Source of the DNA: Neoechinorhynchus agilis
Lineage: Eukaryota > Animalia > Acanthocephala
Assembly (NCBI GenBank): GCA_051530055.1
Contig: CM121342.1
Location: 11,795,480-11,859,479 of the forward strand
Length of the DNA stretch: 64,000 nt
Direction: 5' to 3'
Numbering within the stretch: position 1 is the first letter of the stretch; each line of letters starts with the position of its first letter. The position numbers were made by a program, and so were the translations under genes. This document shows positions 24,031 to 38,107 of the stretch, piece by piece. Under the pieces are notes generated by a model that was not told where the DNA came from, ran no database searches, and was given only the letters and a program-made list of their open reading frames with translations.

Positions 24031-25699
24031 AGGACTGGGATGAATTCTATATCGGGGTTTTGTAGAGAGCCCGTGAGAGATAGAGTATGGTGGCGGTTGC
24101 CGTACGTAAATTGTGACCCCCTCCTGGACGGTCATCGCGGTATGTATGGAAGGAAGAGTACCGGGGAAGGATTGCTGAATCGCTGTTGAAGGGGGTAAGC
24201 CACGTTTCTGTTAAGATGGCTACGTCGGCTTTTGAAGTAGATGAAATGCGTGAAATTTCATCTAGTTTAGGAAGGAGGCTACGTGTATTTTAGTAGAATA
24301 CGGTGGGGAAGGTAATTTTGGATTTCGGAAAACCGGGGGCGGAAGTGAGGGAGACTGGGGTTGCGTTGCTCTTTTGAGATGGTGGATTACGAAAGGAATC
24401 CTTACAGCGTGGCGATCTAGAAGGATTGATTATCCCAAAGAGAGAAGTCCGGGCGAATCGAAAAATTGAGGTGGGGTGAGTGATTGGCAATGATAGAAAT
24501 GAGTTTAGAGTTGAGACTTTGTGTGGATCAGGTGTTTTTGAGTAGGGGTAGAGCGGTAATTATTTAGTTAATTTGGGAGAAAGAGAATGTTTAATGTGGA
24601 AGGGCTAGGAGATTGATCTTTATAGTTTTTCGGGCGCTAGTGGGGTTGCACGTGGTCAAAGAAGCTGGGAAGTCGCTTATTCTTCGATTTTTTGGAATGG
24701 GGGACATTTCGTGGGTTTTTACTAAAATTGGCGGGTTACATTGGAAAGATGAGGTCTGGGTTGAGTTTGGAGGACAGGTGGAAAGATTTTGTGATGAGTT
24801 CTTATGTGGATAGATACGAAAAGAAAATTGAGAAGTAAGGAGTTTGAATCTCCTGTTTAGAAAGAGGGAGGTTACGAGTGGTGAAATAAAAGTTAGTTTG
24901 AGGAGACGTGGTCTCAGCTTAAAGGGATTTTTGGAGAGAATGCGCATAACAGTTGATGGGGGAGGAATATTGGAGTGAATGTCGGGAAAAATGAGTTGAC
25001 CGATACAGGGGATTTGAAGGCGGTTATGTGCATCAGCGGCGGCATTATCTGTAACAGGGGCTTCCTGCATACAAGAAATAAAAATGGTACGATTTATATC
25101 CTCGGGGGAGGAGCGCATGATATGATGGGTCGAATTCAGAGCAACGAGGGATGATGGCCGGGGTGAAGAAGGCGTATCATTACAGAAATGAATCGGAGGG
25201 TTGATTGATTTTGATGGTGTTGGAACCAACCTTATATCCTAATAGTTATTTGTTCCTCCTTTTGCTTTTTCCCTACTCGTTTAGATGTTTCTTCGACCTT
25301 TTGTTCGACCGTAGCTTTCTTAGTAGTTACTTCAGCTGGATCGCTTTCGCTTTTTCTATCGTTACCTTTTATCCAGTCACAATATCATACTCCCCCGCCA
25401 TAATTTTAGAATCATTAAATACTACATGCTGAATAATCCTCTAAGGGTGGTACCAAGTTCCAAGTAATTGTCGAAATATTCACAGTCTTTTGAACAGCAC
25501 TCGTTTCCAACGAATCTTCGCTTGAGTTTGCCATAATGATGGAATCTACCAAAACCGTATTCTACTCCGTGGAAGTTTCACTGACCGATTCCCAGACGGA
25601 TAAACAAGGTGATTTTTGACGTTTAGGTGGGCTAAAGGGGCAGAAGAATGGTCAGAGGAGATCGAAAACTTGTATCAATTCCTCCCTTAATTCATCGCC

Positions 25700-26400
25700 C
25701 ACGACGACTGAGGAAACCCCAATCTCCCTCACTTCTGACCCCAGTTTTCCGAAATCCAAAATTCTATTCATCGCTGTGTTCTACTCCAATATTCGTAGCC
25801 TCCTTCCTTAACTAGATGAAATTTCACTCATTTCATCTACCTAAAAAGCCGGCGCCGTAATCTTAAAAGAAACGCAGCTTAACCCCCCGAAATCAATTCA
25901 GCAATCCTTCCCGGGTACTCTTCATTTCATACATACAGCGAGGACCATCCAGGAGTGGGGCGTATCAATCTGCGTACGTCAATTACTACCTTACTTTTCC
26001 TCTGTAATAGGCTCTCTGCAAAATCCAGATCAAGAATTCATCGCCGTCCACTTATCAACTCCTGTAAGAAATGGTCGCGGAGAACTCACAATCGCTGGCG
26101 TCTACTGCCCTCCTACCTCTCGTCCACAATCCTCTTAACATCAACTGGACTTCATTGGTGGATTTCATAAACTCCGCAAACTCACACCATTTCCTAATTA
26201 CAGGGGCTTCAATAAACTATTTCATCTTTTACCCTTTCGTCTTGACGATCACCTCGACAAAGTATTCACAAATATCGACGCCTACTCATCCGCCTCTAAA
26301 CCCCTCTCGCCGCAAACTCTGACTACTCTTCTGCCCTTATCACTCCCTCCACCCCAACTAAGCGTATGAAATCTCCCCGTTTATCCGTACTATAAAATTG
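25700..26400 (+). mobile_element. CR1/L2-like LINE endonuclease fragment, inverted relative to 22990-25600
   Basis: 25715-25840 aligns with the reverse complement of about 24240-24365 (FYSNIRSLL..LDEI). Confidence 0.7.
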
Positions 26401-26443
26401 TACAACGCAAACAATTTTCGACTCACTAACACACCTCGTCAAC

Positions 26444-28230
26444 AATGGAGCCAAATGTTAAACTCAGTCTTGAAAACGAGCTTTCCACGACCATAAAAAG
26501 ACATCGCGAACTGCGTTCATATCGCCTACAATCGACGCTACTGACGCAGACATCTTGAACGCGCCACTTATCGATCACGCTCAACCTGAGAAGACCACCG
26601 TCGGACTCCAACGCGTTTCTACTGGCGTGTGTTCGGTTTGCGGTAAGTCTTTAAAATTAACCAATTTCGGGGTTTTGTTTGCCCATGGTCCCCGGGATCT
26701 CCGCTGTAGCGGGTCAGGTTCTCCACCAAAATCAACCGATTTGTTTATGGCCGGGACCTCTCAGATCACCACTAACTTTATTTCGATACCTGATATCGTG
26801 CGGTTTCTGCCCAGGAACGTCCTGAAGCGGATCCCAAAGGGCGCACGATATCAGCTCGCCAAAGCATTTACGGGATTGCTCAACGATTGCCTTCAAAAGA
26901 ACTGTGCGCTATCATGGACATGGCTCTTCGAATTCCCGCGCTTAGTCCTTTGCACCAGTGATGATTCTGGGGTGTCTTTGACATCAACAATCAAGGAAAG
27001 GGTGGCCTCCTTTAAACAGATATTTAACAATTTCGAAATGAAAATTCGCGAGGTTCGCAAGGGACGCACGAAGGGAGGGTTTCGTTGCCGTTTTTCAAAG
27101 CGATCACTGGCTGAACGTGTTTCTTCGAATCTTGCGGACGGAGATGTTCGGCGGCTGTTCGATTATTGTCGTCTCCCGACAGTTTTGCAGAAGGAGACAA
27201 CAAGACACTACAAATACTCCGGTCAAAACATCCATGCAGTAGTGGCAGTTTTGAAGTCCCACCTTCTCCCATACAAGGCAGGACACCCACTAAAATTTCA
27301 GAGTTAAAAAAGGCCATTTCATCTTTTGCGAATGGTTCGGGTCATGGGCTTCACCTAAAGGACATGAAGTCCTTTACAACTGGTGAAGCAGCTCTCTCTA
27401 GAAAGTGCGCTTTCTCGGGTAGTCGACCGCCTGACTGGAGAGGACCTGAATTCCGTTGCAAAAGACCTATGCTTCGGAGCATCATTGTGTGCCCTCACAA
27501 AAAGAAGGTGGGATTCGTCCCACTGCAGGAAAAATTTCTGTAAATGTATCACAGAGAAAATCGGGCAGCAATTTTGCCTAGTCCAACTGGGCTGCTGCAC
27601 ATCCTGCGAGGCGGAAGCTATTGTCCACGCGCTCCGAAACTTTACTACGAGGAGTTCAGAGCCGTGCGCGATTCTTAAGTGTGATTTTCAAATGCCTTTA
27701 ACTCTCTCAATAGAGAAAGCCTGTTCTGTGCAATTAGGGATTACGCACCAAAAGCCTTCCAGTATTTTCTTAATACCAACGGGACGGCGACTCCTTTGCT
27801 TTTCGAAGACCACCTCATTTGGTCCGAAAGAGGAGTGCAGCAAGGAGATCTTCTCGGTCCAATCGCATTCTCCCTAACAGTAAATTTAATGGCGCACTCT
27901 CTCCATTCCAGCTTTAACGCTTGGTACTTGGATGACGCTACGCTCAAAGGCGATCCCTCCGTTGTACTGCGCAATTTGGAGACGCTGATTAGGGAGACCT
28001 CGAGAATAGGCATTGCGCTCAATGCTGGAAAGTGTGAGCTACTAATATTAAATATCGAGGACGTCTCCAAAGTCTAGGAGCTAATGGATGGATTCGAGGC
28101 CGTAACTCCAGAACGAGGATCGCCGTGTCCTTAAGGCGGCGACATGGTATTGTTTGCCGAAAGTCAGGAGGAAGGTTCTCACTCCATTCTGAGATCGATA
28201 GCGTAATTTCTCGGGCGTTTAGAACGGCGA
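26444..28230 (+). mobile_element. CRE-clade retrotransposon retaining the N-terminal zinc finger, internally deleted and frameshifted
   Basis: CSVCGKSL...HGPRDLRCSGS, RT motifs QQGDLLGP and YLDD. Shares a deletion junction with 4869-6335. Confidence 0.85.
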
Positions 28231-28234
28231 ACTC

Positions 28235-28790
28235 GCAGACCAGCGCTTCCCGAACCGAAATCAGTGGACTGTGTGCCCATTCGGCCGTGTATGGAGAAAA
28301 AATCTATCAAAAGATTACCGGCTAAGCCACTCATAAGAATGCTATAGTCTTGCTCCCGCTTTAACAATTATTCTAATCGATGATTTGGAAAAGCAGTTTA
28401 TCTTCCACATTTAACGCAGAGGCAGATTTATCTCAGCTATGTGGATGATATTTTATTATTCAAATCCATGGAGAACACAACAGTCATTAACGGAGAAACG
28501 ATTGGCGATAGAGTAAACGCAATTTTCGCGGATAATGAATATAAACTTAACGAAATCATGCATTTAAAGCAGCTGTGTGATTCAAGAGAGGATAAAATGC
28601 ACGATGATCGTTCGCGGAATCGATATGAAGGAAAATCGATTCTCAAGATTTCATATATCAGTGAAAAGTTCACTAACAACGTTAAAAAGCCGCTGCGACG
28701 ATCACTCGAAGCAACGTGGTTTATGAGAACATCAGCGAATGATATTTGGCCGTTGGCCTTTGCGTCAACGTTTGATGGAACAAGTTCGTA
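28235..28790 (+). mobile_element. 3' end of the Pol III/hammerhead element joined to a degraded second PLE family
   Basis: GCAGACCAGCGCTTCCC...GTGTATGGAGAAAAAA followed by YVDDILLF and LKISYISEKF. The same junction occurs at 48908-49130. Confidence 0.6.
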
Positions 28791-28939
28791 GCCTAATTAA
28801 ACCGGCCGCGAAATCGTCCAAGGCCACACCATGGGCAAAACATAACTCAGAGTGCCAAAGCGAAGGGGAAGTAAAACTTCCGACTCGAGTTAGATTTGTG
28901 GTCAAAGACCCGACGGAACTTTAGCGCCAAGACGTAATC

Positions 28940-30380
28940 AAGACGAAGAATTTTATTATTGTTATCTACAATGACGAGGCCATACTCGTACGATGAAATG
29001 GCGGCACAGCTAAGGAAAATGAAGACTGGTAGGAGAGCCGGTCCAGATAACATTCCGATCGAGCTGTGGCAATCCACGGGAGTCTTGGGAATAAAGTTGC
29101 TCACGGGGCTCTTTCAGAAGATAGATTTGGAGGAAAAGATCCCATCGGAATGGCATGGAAGTATATTGGTACCGATCTTCAAAAGCAAAGGAGATGCTCT
29201 GCAGTGTAGGAACTACCGCGGCATCAAACTCATGTTTCACACAATGAAACTGTGGGAACGAAATGATCGATCACAGGATTAGCGAGGAGATCCGAATCAG
29301 CGAAAACCAACGAGGATTCATGCCCGGCAGAAGCTCAATCGACCCAATATTCGTGCTGAGGCAACTGTATGAAAGGTTCATTGAGATGCAGGCCCGTTGC
29401 ACAGTGTGTTCGTCGATACGGTCCCTCGGGATCTAGTGTGGGCATGGCTCAATAAAAGGAATTGTCCCGAACACTATGTCGCCGCGATCCAAGCGATGTA
29501 TCGAGAGTGCTACACCTGCGTGCGATGCCACAGCGGAACCACCGACTATTTCCGAGTATCCGTGGGTCGCCAACAGGGTTCGGTCCTGAGCCCATTCTTG
29601 TTCACGATCGTGATGGACGTCCTTGGAAATGCGAAAAGAGAAATGAACGCACCGTGAACGATACTATTCGTGGACGATTTAGTTCTCACAGCTAAGGACC
29701 TAGACACGCTCAAGAATTTGTTGGAGAGTTGGCGACAGCGATTAGAGAGCAACGGATTGAGAGTGAACAGGTGCAAAACGAAATACATGGAGCCGGGTAA
29801 CATCGATATGCAAGGAACTCAGATCGAAAAGATGAACACCTTCAAATATTTGGGCAGCATATTGAACATGCAATGTGGGCTCACACCAGAGATCGGACAA
29901 AGAGTTCAATGCGGGTGGAACAACTGGAGGAAGACAATATGCATCCTTTGCGATAAGCGTTTCCCGAACAAGCTCAATGGGCGGGTGTACAAGGCAGTAG
30001 TGCGACCCGCAATGCTTTACGGAGCAGAGACGTGGGCTACGAAGAAGGAAGACGTTCAACGATTAGCCGTCAACGAAATGCGGATGCTGAGATCGTTCGC
30101 AGGATTGACACGCAAGGATCGAGTAAACAATGAGGAGATGCGAAAGCCGTTTGCTGTCGAGCCGATCGAGGAGGCAATCGCTAAGAGGCGGTTGCGATGG
30201 TACCTGCAGGTGACCCAAGCAGATGAAGACGTCTGGGTGAAGAGCGCATGGAGAATCGAGCTCGATGGGAAAACGAGAAGAGGGAGGCCCAAGAAGAGGT
30301 GGAAGGGCAGTATGAGCGGAGATTTCAAAACGCCGGGAAAGGAGAACAAGGACGAAAACCAACAATGCTGAAAAGAACGA
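28940..30380 (+). mobile_element. RTE-clade non-LTR retrotransposon, RT region, degraded
   Basis: KMKTGRRAGPDNIPIELW, CRNYRGIKLM, QQGSVLSPFLFTIVMD, LFVDDLVL, YKAVVRPAMLYGAETW, GKTRRGRPKKRW. Confidence 0.9.
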
Positions 30381-31148
30381 CCTCTCAAGTGAGAGAAAAG
30401 TTCAAAGAAATGTTGTTGTTATCTACAACAGTCAAATATGTGTTGTCCTACGGTTGCACGCCGGGCATCCGGAAAAAGTCGTTGCCACAGAACTATCTAT
30501 CGCCAAGGCTCTATGTCCAAGGAGTTTGGAAGGGAAGTTGTTTCCGCAGACAATGCGAGGAAGATTTCTGAACATCAGCTCGATAAAGCCTTAGAACTGC
30601 CCAACAGGCGGAACGAACTTTCCACATTTCGATGTCGCCACTTTAACACACTTGACAACTCCACATGGCATTTTAAATTCATAAAGAAGCCGTAAGATGG
30701 CGAAAGCTCGAAAATAAAGATTTTCTTTATAATTACAACAGCCCGCCAAAGTGTCCATTTAAAAAATTTGAGCAATCAGACGGCTGGGAAATCAAGTAGT
30801 AATTCACATCATAAATTGTGATTATCGATTGGTCGCCAATTAAGCTAGATTATAATTGTTTGGAGCACAATGGGAGGTTACAAATTCGCCAAAAGCACCC
30901 ATTAAGGACCATGAACTCAAATCGAGTAACGAAGAATGTGAAATTGAATGAATGCAACGATAAATTATAAATCGAGGCGGCGAATCTACCGACAGGACCA
31001 CTGCCCATTCTTGAAGAACAATTTTCATAAATTTCTTTTAAATGAACGAACAACAACGAACTGAAGATGTTGCGTGTCGAATAGGAAAAAAAATTCTCCA
31101 AATTAAATCATATGAGAACACAAGACATTTAATAAACTATCCGCAACC

Positions 31149-34100
31149 TCAGATTTCAACGTTTCTCGGCGGACTTATAGTATACGCAATTCTACTTGAG
31201 GCTAGCCAAAGCAAGGAAAAGCTTGTAACAGAAATAACATATATCGCAAACAAAGATAAAATTCCTACCAGTACAGCAGTCCAAACGTTGTAATGAGTCG
31301 ATCTATGCGCCCGTGTTTTTATTAAGCAGGAATTCTCCCCCCATCTTAAAAAACGGGCAAGGATACTGTAGAATTCGAGATCAGCGTGGCATGATGTGTC
31401 ATTTGAATTACAAATTTCCTCGCAGAATGGTCCTCGAAAACCCGGTTTACAAATACAATGCACTCGACTGTTACTCAATGTCTCGCAATAACCACCATTT
31501 TTGCAAATATTTGCAGAACAGCCGGTAAATGAGTCACATTGAAATCCTTCGAAACCTGCGGCACAACTACATTTGTATCCTCCAGGAGAGTTTGTACAAT
31601 TTCCACTGTTTTGGCATGGATTATTCGAGCATTCGTCGACATCGGTTTCGCAGTTAACACCTTCGAAACCCGCGACGCAACTGCAATTGTATCCTCCGGG
31701 AGTGTTTGTGCAATTTCCACCGTTTTGGCATGGATTATTCGAGCATTCGTCGACATCTGTTTCGCAGTTTACACCTTCGAAACCTGCGACGCAACTGCAA
31801 TTGTATCCTCCGGCGGTGTTTGTGCAAGTTCCACCGTTTTGGCATGGATTATTCGAGCATTCGTCGATATCGGTTTCGCACTTTGCACCTTCGAAACCTG
31901 CGACACAACTGCAGTTGTATCCTCCGGGAGTGTTTATGCAAGTTCCACCGTTTTGGCATGGATTATTCGAGCATTCGTCGATATCGGTTTCGCAGTTTGC
32001 ACCTTCGAAACCCGCGATGCAACTGCAATTGTATCCACCAGGAGTGTTTGTGCAAGTTCCACCGTTTTGGCATGGATTATTCGAGCATTCGTCGACATCG
32101 GTTTCGCAGTTTGCACCTTCGAAACCCGCGATGCAACTGCAATTGTATCCACCAGGAGTGTTTGTGCAAGTTCCACCGTTTTGGCATGGATTATTCGAGC
32201 ATTCGTCGACATCGGTTTCGCAGTTTGCTGAAACCCGCGACGCAACTGCAATTGTATCCCCGGAGTGTTTGTGCAAGTTCCACCGTTTTGGCATGGATTA
32301 TTCGAGCATTCGTCGACATCGGTTTCGCAGTTTGCACCTTCGAAACCCGCGACGCAACTGCAATTGTATCCACCAGGAGTGTTTGTGCAAGTTCCACCGT
32401 TTTGGCATGGATTATTCGAGCATTCGTCGACATCGGTTTCGCAGTTTGCACCTTCGAAACCCGCGACGCAACTGCAATTGTATCCTCCAGGAGTGTTTGT
32501 GCAAGTTCCACCGTTTTGGCATGGATTATTCGAGCATTCGTCGATATCGGTTTCGCAGTTTGCACCTTCGAAACCCGCGACACAACTGCAATTGTATCCA
32601 CCAGGAGTGTTTGTGCAAGTTCCACCGTTTTGGCATGGATTATTCGAGCATTCGTCGACATCGGTTTCGCAGTTTGCACCTTCGAAACCCGCGACGCAAC
32701 TGCAATTGTATCCACCAGGAGTGTTTGTGCAAGTTCCACCGTTTTGGCATGGATTATTCGAGCATTCGTCGATATCGGTTTCGCAGTTTGCACCTTCGAA
32801 ACCCGCGACGCAACTGCAATTGTATCCACCAGGAGTGTTTGTGCAAGTTCCACCGTTTTGGCATGGATTATTCGAGCATTCGTCGATATCGGTTTCGCAG
32901 TTAACACCTTCGAAACCCGCGACGCAACTGCAGTTGTATCCTCCAGGAGTGTTTGTGCAAGTTCCACCGTTTTGGCATGGATTATTCGAGCATTCGTCGA
33001 TATCGGTTTCGCAGTTTGCACCTTCGAAACCCGCGACGCAACTGCAATTGTATCCACCAGGAGTGTTTGTGCAAGTTCCACCGTTTTGGCATGGATTATT
33101 CGAGCATTCGTCGATATCGGTTTCGCAGTTTGCACCTTCGAAACCCGCGACGCAACTGCAATTGTATCCACCAGGAGTGTTTGTGCAAGTTCCACCGTTT
33201 TGGCATGGATTATTCGAGCATTCGTCGATATCGGTTTCGCAGTTTGCACCTTCGAAACCCGCGACGCAACTGCAATTGTATCCACCAGGAGTGTTTGTGC
33301 AAGTTCCACCGTTTTGGCATGGATTATTCGAGCATTCGTCGATATCGGTTTCGCAGTTTGCACCTTCGAAACCCGCGACGCAACTGCAATTGTATCCACC
33401 AGGAGTGTTTGTGCAAGTTCCACCGTTTTGGCATGGATTATTCGAGCATTCGTCGACATCGGTTTCGCAGTTTGCACCTTCGAAACCCGCGGCCTGCAAT
33501 TGTATCCACCAGGAGTGTTTGTGCAAGTTCCACCGTTTTGGCATGGATTATTCGAGCATTCGTCGACATCGGTTTCGCAGTTTGCACCTTCGAAACCCGC
33601 GACGCAACTGCAATTGTATCCACCAGGAGTGTTTGTGCAAGTTCCACCGTTTTGGCATGGATTATTCGAGCATTCGTCGATATCGGTTTCGCAGTTTGCA
33701 CCTTCGAAACCCGCGACGCAACTGCAATTGTATCCACCAGGAGTGTTTGTGCAAGTTCCACCGTTTTGGCATGGATTATTCGAGCATTCGTCGACATCGG
33801 TTTCGCAGTTTGCACCTTCGAAACCCGCGACGCAACTGCAATTGTATCCACCAGGAGTGTTTGTGCAAGTTCCACCGTTTTGGCATGGATTATTCGAGCA
33901 TTCGTCGATATCGGTTTCGCAGTTTGCACCTTCGAAACCCGCGACGCAACTGCAATTGTATCCTCCGGGAGTGTTTGTGCAAGTTCCACCGTTTTGGCAT
34001 GGATTATTCGAGCATTCGTCGATATCGGTTTCGCAGTTTGCACCTTCGAAACCCGCGACGCAACTGCAGTTGTATCCTCCGGGAGTGTTTGTGCAAGTTC

Positions 34101-37100
34101 CACCGTTTTGGCATGGATTATTCGAGCATTCGTCGATATCGGTTTCGCAGTTTGCACCTTCGAAACCCGCGACGCAACTGCAATTGTATCCACCAGGAGT
34201 GTTTGTGCAAGTTCCACCGTTTTGGCATGGATTATTCGAGCATTCGTCGATATCGGTTTCGCAGTTAACACCTTCGAAACCCGCGACGCAACTGCAGTTG
34301 TATCCTCCGGGAGTGTTTGTGCAAGTTCCACCGTTTTGGCATGGATTATTCGAGCATTCGTCGACATCGGTTTCGCAGTTTGCACCTTCGAAACCCGCGA
34401 CGCAACTGCAATTGTATCCTCCAGGAGTGTTTGTGCAAGTTCCACCGTTTTGGCATGGATTATTCGAGCATTCGTCGATATCGGTTTCGCAGTTTGCACC
34501 TTCGAAACCCGCGACGCAACTGCAATTGTATCCACCAGGAGTGTTTGTGCAAGTTCCACCGTTTTGGCATGGATTATTCGAGCATTCGTCGATATCGGTT
34601 TCGCAGTTTGCACCTTCGAAACCCGCGACGCAACTGCAATTGTATCCACCAGGAGTGTTTGTGCAAGTTCCACCGTTTTGGCATGGATTATTCGAGCATT
34701 CGTCGATATCGGTTTCGCAGTTTGCACCTTCGAAACCCGCGACGCAACTGCAATTGTATCCACCAGGAGTGTTTGTGCAAGTTCCACCGTTTTGGCATGG
34801 ATTATTCGAGCATTCGTCGATATCGGTTTCGCAGTTTGCACCTTCGAAACCCGCGACGCAACTGCAATTGTATCCACCAGGAGTGTTTGTGCAAGTTCCA
34901 CCGTTTTGGCATGGATTATTCGAGCATTCGTCGATATCGGTTTCGCAGTTTGCACCTTCGAAACCCGCGACGCAACTGCAATTGTATCCACCAGGAGTGT
35001 TTGTGCAAGTTCCACCGTTTTGGCATGGATTATTCGAGCATTCGTCGACATCGGTTTCGCAGTTTGCACCTTCGAAACCCGCGACGCAACTGCAATTGTA
35101 TCCACCAGGAGTGTTTGTGCAAGTTCCACCGTTTTGGCATGGATTATTCGAGCATTCGTCGATATCGGTTTCGCAGTTTGCACCTTCGAAACCCGCGACG
35201 CAACTGCAATTGTATCCACCAGGAGTGTTTGTGCAAGTTCCACCGTTTTGGCATGGATTATTCGAGCATTCGTCGACATCGGTTTCGCAGTTTACACCTT
35301 CGAAACCTGCGACGCAACTGCAATTGTATCCTCCGGCAGTGTTTGTGCAAGTTCCACCGTTTTGGCATGGATTATTCGAGCATTCGTCGATATCGGTTTC
35401 GCACTTTGCACCTTCGAAACCTGCGACACAACTGCAGTTGTATCCTCCGGGAGTGTTTATGCAAGTTCCACCGTTTTGGCATGGATTATTCGAGCATTCG
35501 TCGATATCGGTTTCGCAGTTTGCACCTTCGAAACCCGCGACGCAACTGCAATTGTATCCACCAAGAGTGTTTGTGCAAGTTCCACCGTTTTGGCATGGAT
35601 TATTCGAGCATTCGTCGATATCGGTTTCGCAGTTAACACCTTCGAAACCCGCGACGCAACTGCAGTTGTATCCTCCGGGAGTGTTTGTGCAAGTTCCACC
35701 GTTTTGGCATGGATTATTCGAGCATTCGTCGATATCGGTTTCGCAGTTTGCACCTTCGAAACCTGCGACGCAACTGCAGTTGTATCCTCCGGCGATGTTT
35801 GTGCAAGTTCCACCGTTTTGGCATGGATTATTCGAGCATTCGTCGATATCGGTTTCGCACTTTGCACCTTCGAAACCTGCGACACAACTGCAGTTGTATC
35901 CTCCGGGAGTGTTTATGCAAGTTCCACCGTTTTGGCATGGATTATTCGAGCATTCGTCGATATCGGTTTCGCAGTTTTCACCTTCGAAACCCGCGACGCA
36001 ACTGCAATTGTATCCACCAAGAGTGTTTGTGCAAGTTCCACCGTTTTGGCATGGATTATTCGAGCATTCGTCGATATCGGTTTCGCAGTTAACACCTTCG
36101 AAACCCGCGACGCAACTGCAGTTGTATCCTCCGGGAGTGTTTGTGCAAGTTCCACCGTTTTGGCATGGATTATTCGAGCATTCGTCGATATCGGTTTCGC
36201 AGTTTGCACCTTCGAAACCTGCGACGCAACTGCAATTGTATCCTCCGAGAGTGTTTGTGCAAGTTCCACCGTTTTGACAAGGCGTAGTCAAACATTCGTT
36301 GATATCCAATTCGCAGTTCTTTCCTTCAAATCCATCAGGACAAGTACAATTGTAGCCTCCTTCGAAGTTAATGCATGTACTGTTGTTTTTGCAGATATCC
36401 ATCAAACACTCGTCAGTGTCTTGCTCACAGCAGTGACCTTGCCATCCAACTGGACATGTACAGTTGAATGAACCTTTAATGTTTGTGCAGATTCCTTTAT
36501 TTCGGCACGATTGTTTATCGCAGCTATTCCATATGTAAGCTTGGTTGCCGAACAAATCATTTCTCATTTTTCCATTCGACTCGCAGTCCTCCATTTCTTT
36601 AAAAAAGGGTTTGCCGATGTGAGGTAACAAATACTTTGGATTCCCGTTAAATATTTATAAAATATGACGCTGATTTGATGGGAATAATTCTATCGCAATT
36701 CTCTAATAATCATTGAAATTTAACGTGTTCTAATCAATGCTGATTTGACCTAAAGTCAGAATTCGAGAAGGATAGACGAATGTAAAAGATTTGTTTCATT
36801 TTTAAGGATTGATTACAACTTGTTATTTTAAATGAATATTCAGAGAGTTCATGAAGACGAAAACGCAACCCAAAAGTACCGTCTACTCAGAACATGTCTT
36901 TTGAAACAGCGAATCACAAGCCAGTTTTAATAAAACAAGCTAAACCCCAAATATCAGGAAAAAATAAATTCTTCAAATATTTCACTACTTTCGGCTTTTT
37001 ATGAAATATTCAGACTTTAACTGTATGATTTTGTGATACCAGCGATGAACTATTGAACGCAAACTCATAATTGACAATAACACGTTAGAATTTGAACTTA

Positions 37101-38107
37101 CCTGCCACACAAGCAGTATAAATATGCCTATATTCTTCAAGCAAGGAGATAAATGAGCATTTTAGATCATCCGAGTAGAACCCGGAACCAAAAGTGCAAT
37201 GGAAATGACAACGAACTAAAGGAAAATGTTTCTAGATTCGGAGGAAAACATTTTATGTGTACCAAATGATCCAGACTCGCCATCAGGAATTTGTTGGATG
37301 AAAGCAAGGCATGGACCGCGCTCAAAGTCAATATAATACATCCACCCCGCTAAATAAGTGAATAGTCGGTCCAGTCCTTTATAAAGTAATTGAACATCGT
37401 CCTCGTTTTGCGCAAGGTATGGCCTTGACTTGTACCAATGAGCAGCGCAAACATTGTCGATATTGGAGCGTTCCGTATTTGTCGCCCGGGCGAAAAATAT
37501 ACACTTATTTCCGGTCTTAAATTCACACTGATTCTGCGCTGTTCATCGAAACGTTGAATTAAATGCGATCGCCAGACCAGCTTGCACTCACGTTCAATGT
37601 CATCATCGTAGTCACTTTTAAAAAACTTTTTTAGATGGTGTTTCTGCTGAGGAATTCCTGAAATAAAGTCAAACTCGCCCTTGGTGGCCTTGTCGGCCTT
37701 CACATATTCGCTATAATTCTCCGACCTTCTCTTCTTAAACGGGCATTTAAATTCCTTGCATTCATCTACATCATCCTCACAGACGGCTCCAGCAAGGCCT
37801 GATGGACAATCACATCGAAATGCACCGAACGTATTGATGCAATGAACATCTTTTGGACAAGGATTTCGAGAGCATTCGTTGACATCGTCATTGCAGTCGG
37901 CTCCGGTATATTCGGGCTTACAGTTGCACTGATATCCACCTTTTTTGGAAATACATGTTCCGCGATTCTCACAAGGATTCTTGCTACAATCTATGAAGGT
38001 TATAGTCAACAAAAACGACTTTCACGATTTCTTATTGTTTTACCTTGTGCCAAAACATTGTACAGCGATGAAGTTAGAATTAATAAGAACTCATAGTTGT
38101 GTCTCAT
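31149..38107 (-). CDS. Multi-EGF type I membrane protein, copy 1: signal peptide, EGF domains, 41 tandem cbEGF repeats, TM segment; 3 indels in the array as assembled
   Basis: Exon 1 38044-38107 encodes MRHNYEFLLILTSSLYNVLAQ, followed by a 53-bp GT-AG intron and DCSKNPC. Repeat unit ETDIDECSNNPCQNGGTCTNTPGGYNCSCVAGFEGANC. TM segment VWTAVLVGILSLFAIYVISVTSFSLLWLA. Middle exons only partly resolved. Confidence 0.85.

Larger units (their letters stand above)
22990..25600 (-). mobile_element. CR1/L2-like LINE (ORF1-like region, APE endonuclease, start of RT), degraded
   Basis: VFY..IRSLLPKLDEI, IIGE...LIDFPTRLNAHLD, SSYEVIQYLKKL. ORF1-like frame 24591-25229. Clade assignment approximate. Confidence 0.7.

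Noticed and set aside
31365-31410. Apparent 46-bp GT-AG intron before the TM segment of the EGF gene
   Set aside because: Splicing it gives an early stop in both paralogs, whereas the unspliced frame of copy 1 runs into the TM.
31539-36471. Very long plus-strand and alternative-frame ORFs (up to 1523 aa) over the EGF arrays, also at 52.6-56.5 kb
   Set aside because: They arise because the 114-bp unit lacks stop codons in several frames. Only the EGF frame has a recognisable domain, signal peptide and TM.
31149-38107. Notch, Delta/Jagged or Crumbs identity for the EGF genes
   Set aside because: No DSL, LNR, ankyrin or laminin-G domain was recognised and the cytoplasmic tail is short, so no gene symbol was given.
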